NCBI RefSeq assembly: GCF_018977255.1
Contig: NW_024704742.1
Coordinates: 101,930,001-101,994,000 of the forward strand
Reading direction: 5' to 3'
DNA: 64,000 nt
DNA from: Callorhinchus milii
Taxonomy: Eukaryota
The translations under genes and the position numbers were made by a program. The stretch's first letter is position 1. Each line of letters starts with the position of its first letter. Of the stretch, positions 49,291 to 61,660 are shown one piece after another. The notes beneath the pieces were generated by a model that saw nothing but the letters and a program-made list of their open reading frames with translations, was not told the origin of the DNA and searched no databases.

Positions 49291-51822
49291 GTATGCAGAG
49301 TGTAGTGCGGATGAGAATGCAGGCAGTAGAGTTTTAGATAAAGTAGGGTTTACTATAAATTAACTCTTGTGGTAGAGGATGCTTTATGTTCAGTGTTTGA
49401 GTTTAGAATGTATGATGTCTCCTCAGTAATAAAGACAGTTTACGAAATCCTTTGCGGATAAAAAAATTATCGCTTGGATCCATACTTTAGGATTTCAAAA
49501 GCAAGACTTACAATGTAACATTTCATAGAATCATAGAATCGTACAGCACAAAAAGAAGTCATTCGGCCCATCGAGTCTGTGCTGGCTCTTTGATCTAAAA
49601 ATATTTCAGGAGATTCAGACACTACAATATTTCTGAATGTATTTTGCTAAATTTCAGTGGATGTTCCTTAACTATATTTTTCAGGGCAAAGACTAACCAC
49701 ATTATGAAAGGCAAGGATATTGTAAAGTTAAGCATGTTATGAAGTAAAGCCATTAGAGATGTTTATGGCCAACTGCTCCAAACATTAAAGAGCTGATGTT
49801 GAGTTAAACTTGTCTAAACACAGGCCCAACTAGTTCAAATAAACATACTCAAGTGATTTCATTTTCATCCTATTGATTCTTGTTTCTTATCCATAATCAT
49901 CATTACGGGTTTACTGAAATGTGATATTGTTGTGTGCACTCTATGCCTCTGTGCTGTGCTCAATGTTTGCCTAAGACTACCTTAAAGTTCATAAAAGACA
50001 AGCTGTTAGACGGTCACTGATATAGAGTGAAAGCAGGAGTACTAACTTTTGTTTAAAAATTCAATCTAAAAATGAGCAGCTCCATGTCGTTAAATTAATT
50101 TGTAGTCGCTCTCACTCTTTTTGATCCTAAATCTTACTCCTCACATTTTCTTAATGTTAATGGGTCTGTTAAATCCTGCATCTTCCAGACTTGAATCCAT
50201 AATCTACCTGAAGCCAGGCTACTGAGTTTGGGATAAAGACCACCTCACTAGTGTCCAATTGACACACTTGGAGATGAAACAGAAAGTAGGCCATTTGCGT
50301 TGGTGAATAGGAACAGCTTCCAATGTTTCTCTAATGTATTCTCATGCAATCCGTATTTGAAAAAGGTCATGCATTAAACCAAAATGTATTATTTTAATTC
50401 AATCTTAATAATATTAAGACAGGAACACTTCAATTGCAAAAATCTTTGGATTTGATTTAGCACCTATAACATGCAGAATGTTTTAAAGTAGTGTAGTGAC
50501 TGTATCTTAGAGGATAACAGCACCTCCCTTAGAATTGTCCTTATAAAGAACAATTGCCAATACAGGAATTGTTTTGTTTGGGCTCAGTTAAGCATTGCTG
50601 TTTGTTATTGTGCATCAACGTTTCTTGTTCACAGCCCGGATTGAAAAAAAACAAATTTCTAACATTAGCAGCTTTAATTAGTTTCATGAAATAATTAATT
50701 ACAATGTCAAGCAATATTATGGCCTTTTTACTGTTCTTATAGAATTATAGAAATATACAACAATAACAGTGGAGGGCAGTGGGGGGAAGCAGGGTGATCG
50801 AAAGCACGGTCGAAGTGGAGGGTCTTGAGATGGGTCTTGAAGGAGACAAAGGAGGGGGTGAAGTGGAGGAACTGTGGGATGGAGTTCCAGAGGGTGCCGG
50901 CTCTTTGAAAAGACCTATCCAAATCAATCCCACACCCCGCTCTCTCCCCATAGCCCTGCAAACTATTAGAATCATAGAATAACTTTAAGAATTGTTTCTC
51001 CAATATTACAAGTCTGTGTGCTTTAGAAGCATTAATATTGTGGGTTGGATTGCATAACACAATAGAAAATCTACTATGCATCAGCAAGTTTTCACATATG
51101 TGGTTATTTTAAGACATGATATATAATGCCATTTGTAGCTGGGGAATAGATTTAGATGCCAAGTGGCATTATTCAAGTACGAGTCTTGATTGTGAGTGTC
51201 GGCAGGCTTTTCAAATCCAAACACAATCTGACTTCACCTGACATCCATACTTCCAGCGTGGATTATTGGATAGCGATTGGTCATGCCTTTCTGGGCATAG
51301 CGTAAGGATGTGACATCAGCGAACAGCTTGATACTGGGATAGTTGCATGGGTATTCTGGACGAATAAGATCATACAGGTCAAAGGGCCTCTTTATCCAAT
51401 ACCTCTCTTGCGATCTTAAGTGAACAATGGAGTTTATAGCTTGCAGTGTCCAAATGCAGGAATACTATGTGTCATAATAATAATGATATACTGGGTATAC
51501 AGAGTGTAGTGACTGTGTATTTTGTGGGCATACACATGGGTACAGAGGGAATTACAAATGCTCTTAATTATGTAACTAACCGTTAATCAATGTTATTGGT
51601 TAAATAATTAAGAACATCTGCAATTCCCACTGTACACATCTGGCTACACAAAGCGCCTAATCTTTCAGCATTTACACAAGTTTTAAACATGAAACATAAT
51701 AGATCTCTTTGTTGTATATCTGTTTACGGCTACCTCTTGTTTTTCTTTAGAAAAAAACAGTAAAAGTAAAAGTGAGCTTATATATAATTTGTTATCTAAT
51801 TTTAGCGTGTAGAATAGTGTGC

Positions 51823-52448
51823 TGTCACATAGCTTGGTATTTTATAGCCATTCCTCCAGTGACTTAAAGTCAGGGTTTTTTGAATTGGGAGGACAAAACC
51901 AGTATCCTGTTTATATGAACAAATTAAAATACTCACTACTCAAAATAAATTCAAGATATTCATTGGTCACAAGCATACAATTTGATGACACCCAAAGCCT
52001 TAAATTAAGTCCGACTCGCAATACATAAAGGTACTTATGGTATTTATGGGTGGACAAACGCTGACCAACTACTTGCTAAAAATCACTCCAAGGTACAACT
52101 GTGTTTGCCTGTCTGAAACAACCAGTGTTTATACACGTACTCTGACACTCACAAAAAGTACAGGAATAACTAGACAGTGAGTCTCTATGCAAATTAGGCC
52201 CCATTTAGACAACTCAACAACATCCTAATGGACTGCAAACAACTGCAACTGCAAACAAGTTAACCAATTGAAATGACTGAGACAGTTCCTGCGGGCTGGA
52301 AATAGCTAAAACAGTGAGGCAAACAGGAAAGCAACGTTCTTACAGACGGTGAAGCATTCCTACCACCTGCGGGATGGAAATAACATACAGTGTGGCTCTA
52401 TTCTAACAAGTTTGCAGACCCCTTGGCCATGATGTCACCACTGTCACA
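51823..52448 (-). mobile_element. Candidate solo LTR, 626 bp, 4-bp TSD GTGC
   Basis: gtgc|TGTcaca...tgtcACA|gtgc. On the minus strand an octamer (atttgcat) precedes a TATA-like gtataaa. Orientation is tentative. Confidence 0.65.
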
Positions 52449-52554
52449 GTGCTAGTTATGTTCACCCAAATCGATGCTTTGGAGTTGCAGAGTTGTTACC
52501 CCTAGGAATTGTTGGTTTGCTTGGAATTTGTGGTCAGGTTACATTTGTAACTTC

Positions 52555-52910
52555 TACAGCCTTGCTGCTCCCTACCTCTGTCAGCTGCTAATTCTATATC
52601 GACCTGTCCACTCACTCTGCTCAGCGGGCTCCATATCCCCTGCCCAGCCTGCCCCAACATCAGCCGTTAGGCTTTCAGCCTCTCTGCTCCCGCCCTTTGG
52701 AACTCAATCCCACAGTCCCTTCACCTTGCTCCCTCCCTTGCCTCCTTCAAGGCCTGTTTCAAGACTTTCCTCTTTGACAGTGCCTTCAATCACCCTCCTA
52801 CCTCTATTCTCCCTGCCCTCCTGATTCCAGCTGCCAGCTCAGGTCCAAATCCCAGTCTTGGGATGTCCTCCCAAGGGGAAAGGAGCTATAGAAATGTATT
52901 TTTTTTTGTT
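52555..52910 (+). mobile_element. L2 3' fragment
   Basis: cttgctgctccctacctctg...ttggaactc...cctccttcaaggcc...gggatgtcctccc...gctatagaaatg. Confidence 0.8.
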
Positions 52911-53811
52911 CTGTTGAAAGGTTAAAATGTTAACTACTCTTATAGCATTCTATGCTCTTTAGAGAAGCAATACATTTGCACCATATAGTAACATGCCAAT
53001 GTATTATGAGTTTGTGAACTCCTGATAGTAACTGTGCTTTCTGGGAGAAACAATTTTCTATTCAGAATTGTTTTTATTTTCCAGTAAAGTCAGTAACATA
53101 ATAGCATTGTGTAAATTGTATGCAGTCAGGAGAAATTATGTTTTCTTGGGGCATAGACATTATGTAATTTTGTTGTTATTGTTAAGTAAAATTATATTTG
53201 TTTCAGAGCTGGTCGAAAAATCTGTATGATGATAGAGTAGACTATTATTGCAGAGAATCATTTTGGTAATCTTAAACCAGATGGTAAACATCAAAAAGTT
53301 ATAATAATAAATGAAAGCAATGACTTATTGCATTATTTGTAGATGAGGCTCTGTTCCATGTTTTTCTGCACCAAGGCATTTCGCCATTGAACGGTTAGCA
53401 GGATAATTAACCTGGGGGGCATTACAGCCAAGGCCAAACCTGACCATTATCAAAGACCATATATGTGTACGTTCCTGCAGGGGCACCAGAATTGTGATCA
53501 AGAATGAAATCCTTGGATGATTTTTCTTCCTTACCCCAGACACACTGAGGTTAATTGTTGTTTCTGAACTGCTGCTCTGACGGGGATTAGTTAACTCTGT
53601 ATGTCCCAGCAATGGGACAGATTCACTGCTAAGCTGTTGGAAGAGCTTTTATTTTTCTCTCATGATGGGGGCTAAAGTGCAGCAACTTCAACCCAAATTC
53701 CTTAATTAGGATTTAGTCTCAAATGGAGAATCCTTCATTTAACTGTAAGTATTTTATGTCAATCAGTAAGAACTCTGCTCTGGAAGTAGATTGCATCTTT
53801 ATAATGATCTT

Positions 53812-54205
53812 ATTAATCCTTGCATTTAATATGGCACCTTATCATGTTGTCTTGGTGTCTTAAAAGCACTTCAAAGGATTTACTGTAAAGTCTAATGACT
53901 GTATTTCGTAGACGAACATTAACAGCTAATTTTGCACATAGTAATGTCCCACAAGCAGCCAGGAAGTGAATGACCAATTTTAGGGGATCATTGGTCAGGA
54001 CACAGGGATAATATTCCCTTCTCTTTTCGAAATGTGCCATTGGATTTTTAACGTCCACCTGAACAGGCAGATGGGACCTCGGGACATTTCCAACAATGCA
54101 ACACTCTCGCAGTATTGCATTGAGCTCAATTCCTGACATGGCGCATAAAACTCACAACCATCTGACTCAGAGGAAAGAGTGCTACCAACTGAGCCAAGTT
54201 GACGC
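53812..54205 (-). mobile_element. Near full-length Deu-domain SINE (tRNA head, Deu domain, L2-like tail)
   Basis: Reverse complement: tggctcagttggtagcactctttcctctgagtcaga...ccgaggtcccatctgcctgttcaggtggacgttaaaaatccaatggcac...gtgggacatt...atattaaatgcaagg. Confidence 0.82.
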
Positions 54206-55195
54206 ATTATTAAAGAATCATTACATTTTAGATCGCATTGTGCATTTGTTACATTTTAGTGTGAGTACCAGTTAGATGCAGTACAAACCGAAACAGGGAC
54301 TTAATGGAATTAAGGTGAATAGTAGCTCCATGGGCAACGTATTGCCACTTTTGCCCAGTATAGAGGATGCTGCTTTATTATGGTAGCTTTAAATGTGATC
54401 ACATCTTTGTTTGAAAAGCATCCCAGTGCCTTTCTCAGAAGTCTAAAAGTAGACAATTATTAAGGCCAAGACGATACTGGCCTCTCCTAATGTGTCCACA
54501 TAGATGTGGGCCGACCGTACACATAGGCAGTTTACTATAGTCATTGACTATAATGAGGAGTAGCAACCTCCTGTAACCCTGGCTGATTTTTCCTTTCAAG
54601 CCTGCATTACTCAGGCCGATTGTAATAAACTTACTGCTGCTTCAGCTGATATCAGCGCACTCAGTACAGAACAAGAATTAAACCTTAAACCTTCCTGTTG
54701 TGTACAGTGACGTATTACAGTACTGAGAGGGAAGGAGTGGCCACTGAGGTTTAAACCTATCTCGGGATCATTGGTTGTGGCTGGTATTAATTCTCTGCCA
54801 TTGCCCTTTGACTGTTATGTTTAATGGACTGTTAGTAGAGTATCTCCTTTCTGTAATCCAGGTTATGATAATTGTCCAACTTGCTCATGTTCAAAATAAT
54901 TTATTGTGAATTGTATAAAAGATGTATGTGACCTAAAAAGAAAATACCTTGTAGTATTCATTCACAATTGTGTAGAAATTGAAGTTGAAAGGTAAATTTT
55001 CAAACATGATGGCTTTTTAGGATGCTTTTAAAATGTCTGTAACAGAGAAACTTGGAGTTTGAACTTATTTTCTGGTTAATCTAGCTTTTTAGTTTACTTT
55101 TTAGCCAATTTTTAGCTGTGTTATTCTGTTTCCAGGTTTGCTTTCTTTTCGATAGTTCTGGTAAAGATTTCTTCCATTTTAAAGAAATATTCTGC

Positions 55196-55280
55196 TGCAC
55201 TAATAATTATGAATTATTATAATTATTAATGTAACAGAATATTACACTAATAATTATAATAATTCATAATTATTAGTGCA
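55196..55280. repeat. AT-rich inverted repeat, 39-bp arms with 1 mismatch and a 7-nt loop
   Basis: 55196-55234 is the reverse complement of 55242-55280. Confidence 0.92.
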
Positions 55281-55409
55281 CAATTAAATTTGGGGTTTCA
55301 CCCACAAAATATACAGTCAATTCACCATACAGTATATTCTATGAAATGCTTTGAGACGTCTCAAAGACGTGATAAGACTCTGTATCTAATGCAAGGGTTA
55401 TTATTATTA
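55276..55409 (+). mobile_element. SINE 3' fragment
   Basis: cccacaaaatatacagtcaattcac...gagacgtctcaaagacgtgataag...(TTA)n. Confidence 0.85.
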
Positions 55410-57999
55410 AAATTGCATCTGGGAAAAAGAGCAGCAAGTACCAGGGAAATCTGGTTTTGATAAAGCCAGGAAGAACTATACGAGAGATATATATAAAATC
55501 TTATAAATTTTGTAAAAACAGAAAACGATAGAAATTCATTGTAGGCAGACCAGCATCTGAAAGCAAAACAGAAAGTTCAAATGGGAGCTTTCATTATACC
55601 ATCTATTTGTCTTTTCTGCCTTCTTTTCTTTAAGATGCTGATCCAAGCTTTGAACATCCTCTTATAACTTTTCCAATATGACATATTTACGTGGGAACCT
55701 AGATATTAAATAATGGCAGATATTTAGACTGCAGGGAGCATTACAGTTAAGCTAGATACTATTCTGGCTCTTAATCCATCCAGTCCCTAGATAGTGATTA
55801 AAAATGTTAACTATTTTCCCTTCTCTTGAATATCACAATTAGAAATGCAAAACTGGAAGCCAAATAAAAGGTCACAGACGCATTGTGAATGTGGTGCAGG
55901 TGTTAGACCTTTCAGTTTCCAGACTGGAGTATTTCTATTAGGCTATCATGAAAGTCATTGGTCTTCAACATGAACTGGTACGCATTGAATGCAGCTGTAA
56001 TTGGTGCCCTCTCTACCTTTCGCTAATTAACTAGGATTGAAATCCAAGATTGCCTCATCGTTTTGGCATCTGAAGAATTAAACCTCTTGATCAAAGGCTT
56101 AGATTTAATTTACAGCAATATCATTCAGGCCTATCTATTGGGGAGTTTGCCTATTTCTTATGACCAAGTGTATTTGTAGGTCAGATCTTAAAGTGCTGCT
56201 CGTTTGTGCTCTCATTTTCTTTCTCCTGACATGTTGGTTTAGGTAAAGCTTCCTGATTCTGGCAAGCAGATGGGTTTTTGTATTTCCTTAGAGATTCAGC
56301 CTTCTTTTGAAGATCAGGCACCAAGCTGGGCTCATCTCTAACCCTTTTCCCAGTGGTATAAATCAGAAGCTTATTTACAATCCAGACATTTTTTGGAAAG
56401 CGCTGAAGGCTCCCAATTTCAACATTTCAAAAGTGTATTAATAACTAATTATCAAAATGTAGGGCTTTTTTTTCATATCGTAATTCTCCTAAGTACTATT
56501 TGGAATATATTTTATTCTATGTGGAATTAACAGAAATGAGACACCGTTCAGTTCCATTTTTTTGTGGCTTCAAATATTGCAGCAGCTGACAGTTCAGCTC
56601 CTATGGCATTCTTCAGGAAAGCTTTGTACTGTATATTGTTTCTTGCTCTTTTTGCCAGGCCCTTCTCGACCTAAAAGCTGGTAGAAAAGAATTAATGATG
56701 TTCTGACTAATGAAAGCTTGAATAATTTAGAAAAACGAGGCAATTAATTTTTCTTTTTCTCTCCTTCTCAAAGCCATTGCCTTATCCTTTATTCTGCGCT
56801 TCGGCAAAATATTCTTGCAGCACTTTTTACTCTTTTTATTAATAATTTAAACAGTGCATAAAAGATTCATACAGCATCTCGTTTTGAAAATGTATGCGTT
56901 TGCAGAATATAAGCAGTATTGTCACTCTGTGAAGAATGTTCACTACTGCTATACGTTCTCTTGGCAAATCTTTTCATTCAGCATTGACCTGATGTCAAAA
57001 TATTTTAGTAAAAATTGTGGTTTATGGTCATGAACTGTTTTTCTTTATTTGACAGCTAAAATGTGAAATGATAGACAATGTACACTTTCCTACATGATTG
57101 TGTTGCCAACCTATAACATTTCTTGCCTGGTAGATAAAGAAATCAAAGTCATAAATTGACGTTGTGCAGTAAATGCTGGGTTCATTCAGTTAGCTGCCTT
57201 TCACTTCATTTGGAGGAGGGGAGGAATTGCTTAAAATGAGTTTTTCCTGGTGTACTTTTTTGCTTCTCAGACCATTTGAGAGTAGCTAGTGAAACACTGA
57301 TTCATTGGATTCACAGAGCTAATACACCTACAAAATAAATGACGTAAAATCAAATGTCATTCCTGAGGCCTGTGCGTTATGGACAAGTATGGGATTTATT
57401 ACCAGGGTATCAGAGCATGGTGTTTGTTCTTATTGCTCTTGTTCTGACTTCAGTCGTAAAACTCAACACTCGCCAGCAGCCTAATAATGTGCATCAGATT
57501 ATTGAGAATTGTAAGACCTTGCAAGCTACAACTCCAGGAGGGAACTACTATTAATTTTTCTCAAGATACTAAGCTATGGTGTTGTTTTTAAAGAATAGGA
57601 ACAGGAGTAGGGTTAGTAGGCCTTTCATTTCATCAAGTGTGCTGTTGTGTTTCCTTCGATCATGGCAGCTCTTCATATTTTTAATCCTATTTCTCCACAC
57701 TGTCTTTATTGGGGAGGAATTTCACAAGAGTCCAGATTTACTCTTATTTATGTAGCATTTTAGAATGTCCAGAATTTGGCAAATTAACTTTGAAGCCTCT
57801 TTTCTGTATTTCTTAAAATAATTCATGGAAAACCAGCTTCAATAATAAGGTCGTATTTAAGAAATTGCCAAATTCTAAATCTAGACCCAGGTGGAATTTC
57901 TCCTAAACATTATACCTCTACATTATACATTATATCTTTATATCTCTTACATACTCAAGTCTGTCTGCATATGTCTCTCATTTATGGGACAGTGAAATG

Positions 58000-58950
58000 A
58001 TTCTACATTTATAACCCTTTTACTTATTTCTCATTTTAATATTATGTCCCTTTGTGATGAGATTCATCTGCTTGAAAGAAGAGTCCATTTCACTTATTAT
58101 TTTAAGCACCTAATTTAGCTCACTCTTAACTTCCTCAGATCTAGGTTTATTTAGACTATTAATCTACATAAATATCTTCATCTGAGGTTTCATTCTGTTC
58201 GATCATTACTGAGCTTGTTTTAAGTACATCCTTACTAATGTTTTGGCACTCAAAACTGAAAACAATTCTCCAAATCAAGTCTGGTCTTAATTGTGTTAAA
58301 CTGTAGCAGTATTTCCTTGGTTTTATATTCTAGATCTCTTGCAATAAACAAAAGATTCCATTAGCATTTAGCACCTGCAGACTAGATTTTAATGACTTAC
58401 GAACACGGACACCTGCTGTACTCACACTTGCTCAATCTGTGTGCCTCCTTTGCAATGTTCTGCTGTTTTCTTCACAATTCACCTCACAGAGCTGGTGTTT
58501 CCTGTAAATTTAGACAAGCTTCCTTTTATTTCTCGAGGTCATTAATAAAAAGATTGGAATTCTGGGACCCTGGCACGAGTTGTGTTGCTGACAATAGGAG
58601 CATTTCCCTTGTATCTCAAATCTTCGTCTCCTGTCTCCCAACCAATTTACGATTCACACCAATCTGAAAATGAATCTAAATAACATCAATAAATTTTCTA
58701 TCTACCATTTACTATATATGGTGATTCTATCAAAGAGCTCCATTAGATTAGCTGGACATGATGTACCTTTCACAAAACCTGCTGACTCCTTGATCAACTC
58801 ATACTTTTCCATACTCCTATCTAAGTACTCAGTTACTTTATCACTCATAATTTTCTCATTACTGGTGTTAAAGTCTCTGACCTAAAATTATTTTGTTTTC
58901 TTGAATAATGGCATTACATTTGCAATCTCCCAATCCTCCTATAGTACTGT
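58000..58950 (-). mobile_element. Old, highly diverged CR1 fragment
   Basis: Decayed reverse-complement landmarks (ggttttgtgaaaggtacatcatgtc for GFxKGxSC; tttgatagaatcacc; attccaatcttttt; tccaaatcaagtctggtctt). Confidence 0.6.
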
Positions 58951-59204
58951 ACTTTGAAACTCCTTTACAGATAACATTACTGCACATCTTACATTAAATT
59001 TAGATTTTCAGGATTTGCTCTTTTGTTTAGTCATGACATTTTTTATGTTTCATATATGGTATATATATTTTATATATATAAACAGCTTTTAGATGTACTT
59101 TATTGTGCCTATTGCTGCATGGCACAGATCGAAGCTTTATCAGAATCCACTTGGTTTGTCAATCAGGAAAGCACAGAATATGTGTAAATTTAAACAAAAA
59201 CAAT

Positions 59205-60597
59205 TCAAAATTACATTTGTATAGCACCTTTCACATAGGTAGGACGTCTGAAGACAGGTTTTGAAGGAGACAAGAGAGGGGGTGAGGCGAAGGGGCTGCG
59301 GTTGGAGTTCCAGAGGGTGGGGGCAAAATGGCTGAAGGCCCGCCCGCCAATGGTGAAGTGGGTGAGGCGGGGGACATGAAGCAGGCTAGAACCCACTGAG
59401 CGGAGGGAGCGAGCCGGATGGTAGGGGGTTAGGAGGTCGCAGAGGTAGGGGGAAACGAGGCCATGGAGGGCTTTGAAAGTGATGGCCAGGATCTTGAACT
59501 GCATCCTCTGTGTGATGGGAAGCCAGTGGAGTCGGGCGAGGATGGGGGTGATAGGGTCACGGAACCTGGTGCAGGAGAGGACACGGCCATCAGAGTTCTG
59601 GATGATCCACAACCTGTGGAGGGAAGAGTTGGGAAGGCCGACAAGCAGGGCATTTGCATAGTCAAGCCTGAAGGTGATGAAGGCATGAACAAGAGTTTCA
59701 GTGGCCTGGGGGGTGAGGTAGTGGCGGAATCGGGCGATGTAACGGAGGTGAGGGAAGGCAGAGTGGGTCATGGCTTGGATGTGGGGCAGAAAAGACAGTT
59801 GAGGGTCAAACAAGACACCTAGGTTCTTGACTGGCTGGTGAGTTGTAGTGTGCAACCATGGAGGTTGATGCTGCCAGAGCCTGAGGTGCTGAGGCGCTGG
59901 CGCTAGTCAATCAGGAGGACCTCAGTCTTGTTTACATTCAACTGTAGGAAATTTGCCCTCATCCAGGACTTGATGTCCGACAGGGAGTCTGTCAGGACAG
60001 CAGTGGTCCTGGAGTTGAGGGTGGAGGCGGAAAGATAGAGTTGGGTGTCATCCGCATACATGTGGAAGTTGACCCCATGTCTGCGGATGATGTCACCAAG
60101 GGGGAGCATATAGATATTAAAGAGGAGATGGCCAAGGACAGAGCCCTGGGGGACGCCAGATGTGACAGTGCAGGGGCTGGAGGAGAAACCGTTAGAGGCA
60201 ACAAAGTGGAGACTGTGAGAGAGATAGGAATTGAACCAGGCAAGGGCAGGTCCGTGAGGATTGAGTAAAGAGGAGAGGCGGTGTATGAGGATGGAGGACA
60301 AGGAGGCAGAGGGAGCCCTGATCACAGATGTTCAGAATGTCATTAGTGACTTTGACCAGGGCTGTTTCCGTGCTGTGGGCAGCGCGGAAGCCGGATTGGA
60401 GGGGTTCAAAGAGGCAATGGCGAGAGAGAAAGGAGCGGAGCTGGGACACGACGACTCGTTCCAGGACCTTGGAGAGGAATGGGAGGAATGAGAGGTAGTT
60501 GGAGAGGAGGGAAGGTTTTTTCAAGATGGTGGTGATGACGGCTGTTTTTAGGGGGGTGGGAACTGAACTGGTGGACAAGGAGAGGTTGATGACATCA
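59205..60597 (-). mobile_element. L2 LINE RT region and 3' end (about 1.4 kb, frameshifted)
   Basis: [60 protein letters not shown]. Confidence 0.95.
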
Positions 60598-61532
60598 CCA
60601 TAGTGAACATAAATTGCAGTAAATTACAGAATATCCTGTAATTTACATCTTCAAAGAGGCTTTTATTAGCTGCAAACCTGGGTCTGCGACATTGATTATA
60701 GAGAACATAGATCTCACAGAAACCTTAGAATGCTCCATACTGATCCCCAAGAAGAATGCCACCTTTCCACTTCCCGCTTCCTTAAATGTCATTTATCTTG
60801 TTCACCATTACCCGCTTGAACAGCTTTCAATCTCAACTGGGCTGTTTTAAATAAGGGGAAAGTGAGGTAGAATCTTAGGAGAGGATTAGCGCTCTTCCTT
60901 TGGTCAGGGAAGAGTACACAGCATTGGGAAATCTTATAAAACAGAGCAAGCGAATTAATGAATGCATTTGTCAGGTAATAAAAACATTTTAAAAGATAGA
61001 TTCAATTTGCCTCATGCACATCAGGGCAAAACGGGTAACTGTATTACCATTAAAAATACTGCGTTAAAAGTTCCTGATAGTTGCGGGCAGACTGGTGTAT
61101 ACACTCTTCAGGGAGTTCAGACTATTGGACACATTTTTATTAGCAGCAATCTTTTATTTGTTTAATTGATTCAGGTGTGAGGCTCAACCTTCGACTGACT
61201 TACCTCTCCTATCAATACCACGGACCATGCCAGTAAATCCAACAAAATAACAATTCAACATTTGTCATCGGGCAAAATCAAATGTGTATCTTTAGGACTC
61301 ATTAATCCTGAAGGGGGAACCCTGACTGTGTCCAACAGTATGATCACATGCGGGCACTGATGATATTTATTTCAGTGTCAAAGCAACAGCTTCATTATTG
61401 TGTAGGTAAAACAGGGATTCCTCAGTGATTCAGCTGGAGTGAACCTGAATCACGCAGGCCAGAAGATTCCCTTTTTCAATCCCGAGTTTGGGCTGCATTA
61501 ATCGATCTCAGCAGGGGTAATGGGGCGGCTGT

Positions 61533-61660
61533 AATAATAATAATAATTCTTGCATTTGATATTGCGCCTTATCACGTATTTGAGACATCTCAAAGGGCTT
61601 CACAGTATATATTGTAAAATGGATTGACTGTATTGTGTGAGTGAAACGCGGCAACCATTT
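61533..61660 (-). mobile_element. SINE 3' fragment
   Basis: Reverse complement of family tail. Confidence 0.8.

Noticed and set aside
56620..56710. Strong polypyrimidine/AG acceptor as the next DTWD2 exon
   Set aside because: The downstream frame (ALLDLKAGRKELMMF*) does not resemble the expected DTWD2 sequence and hits a stop.
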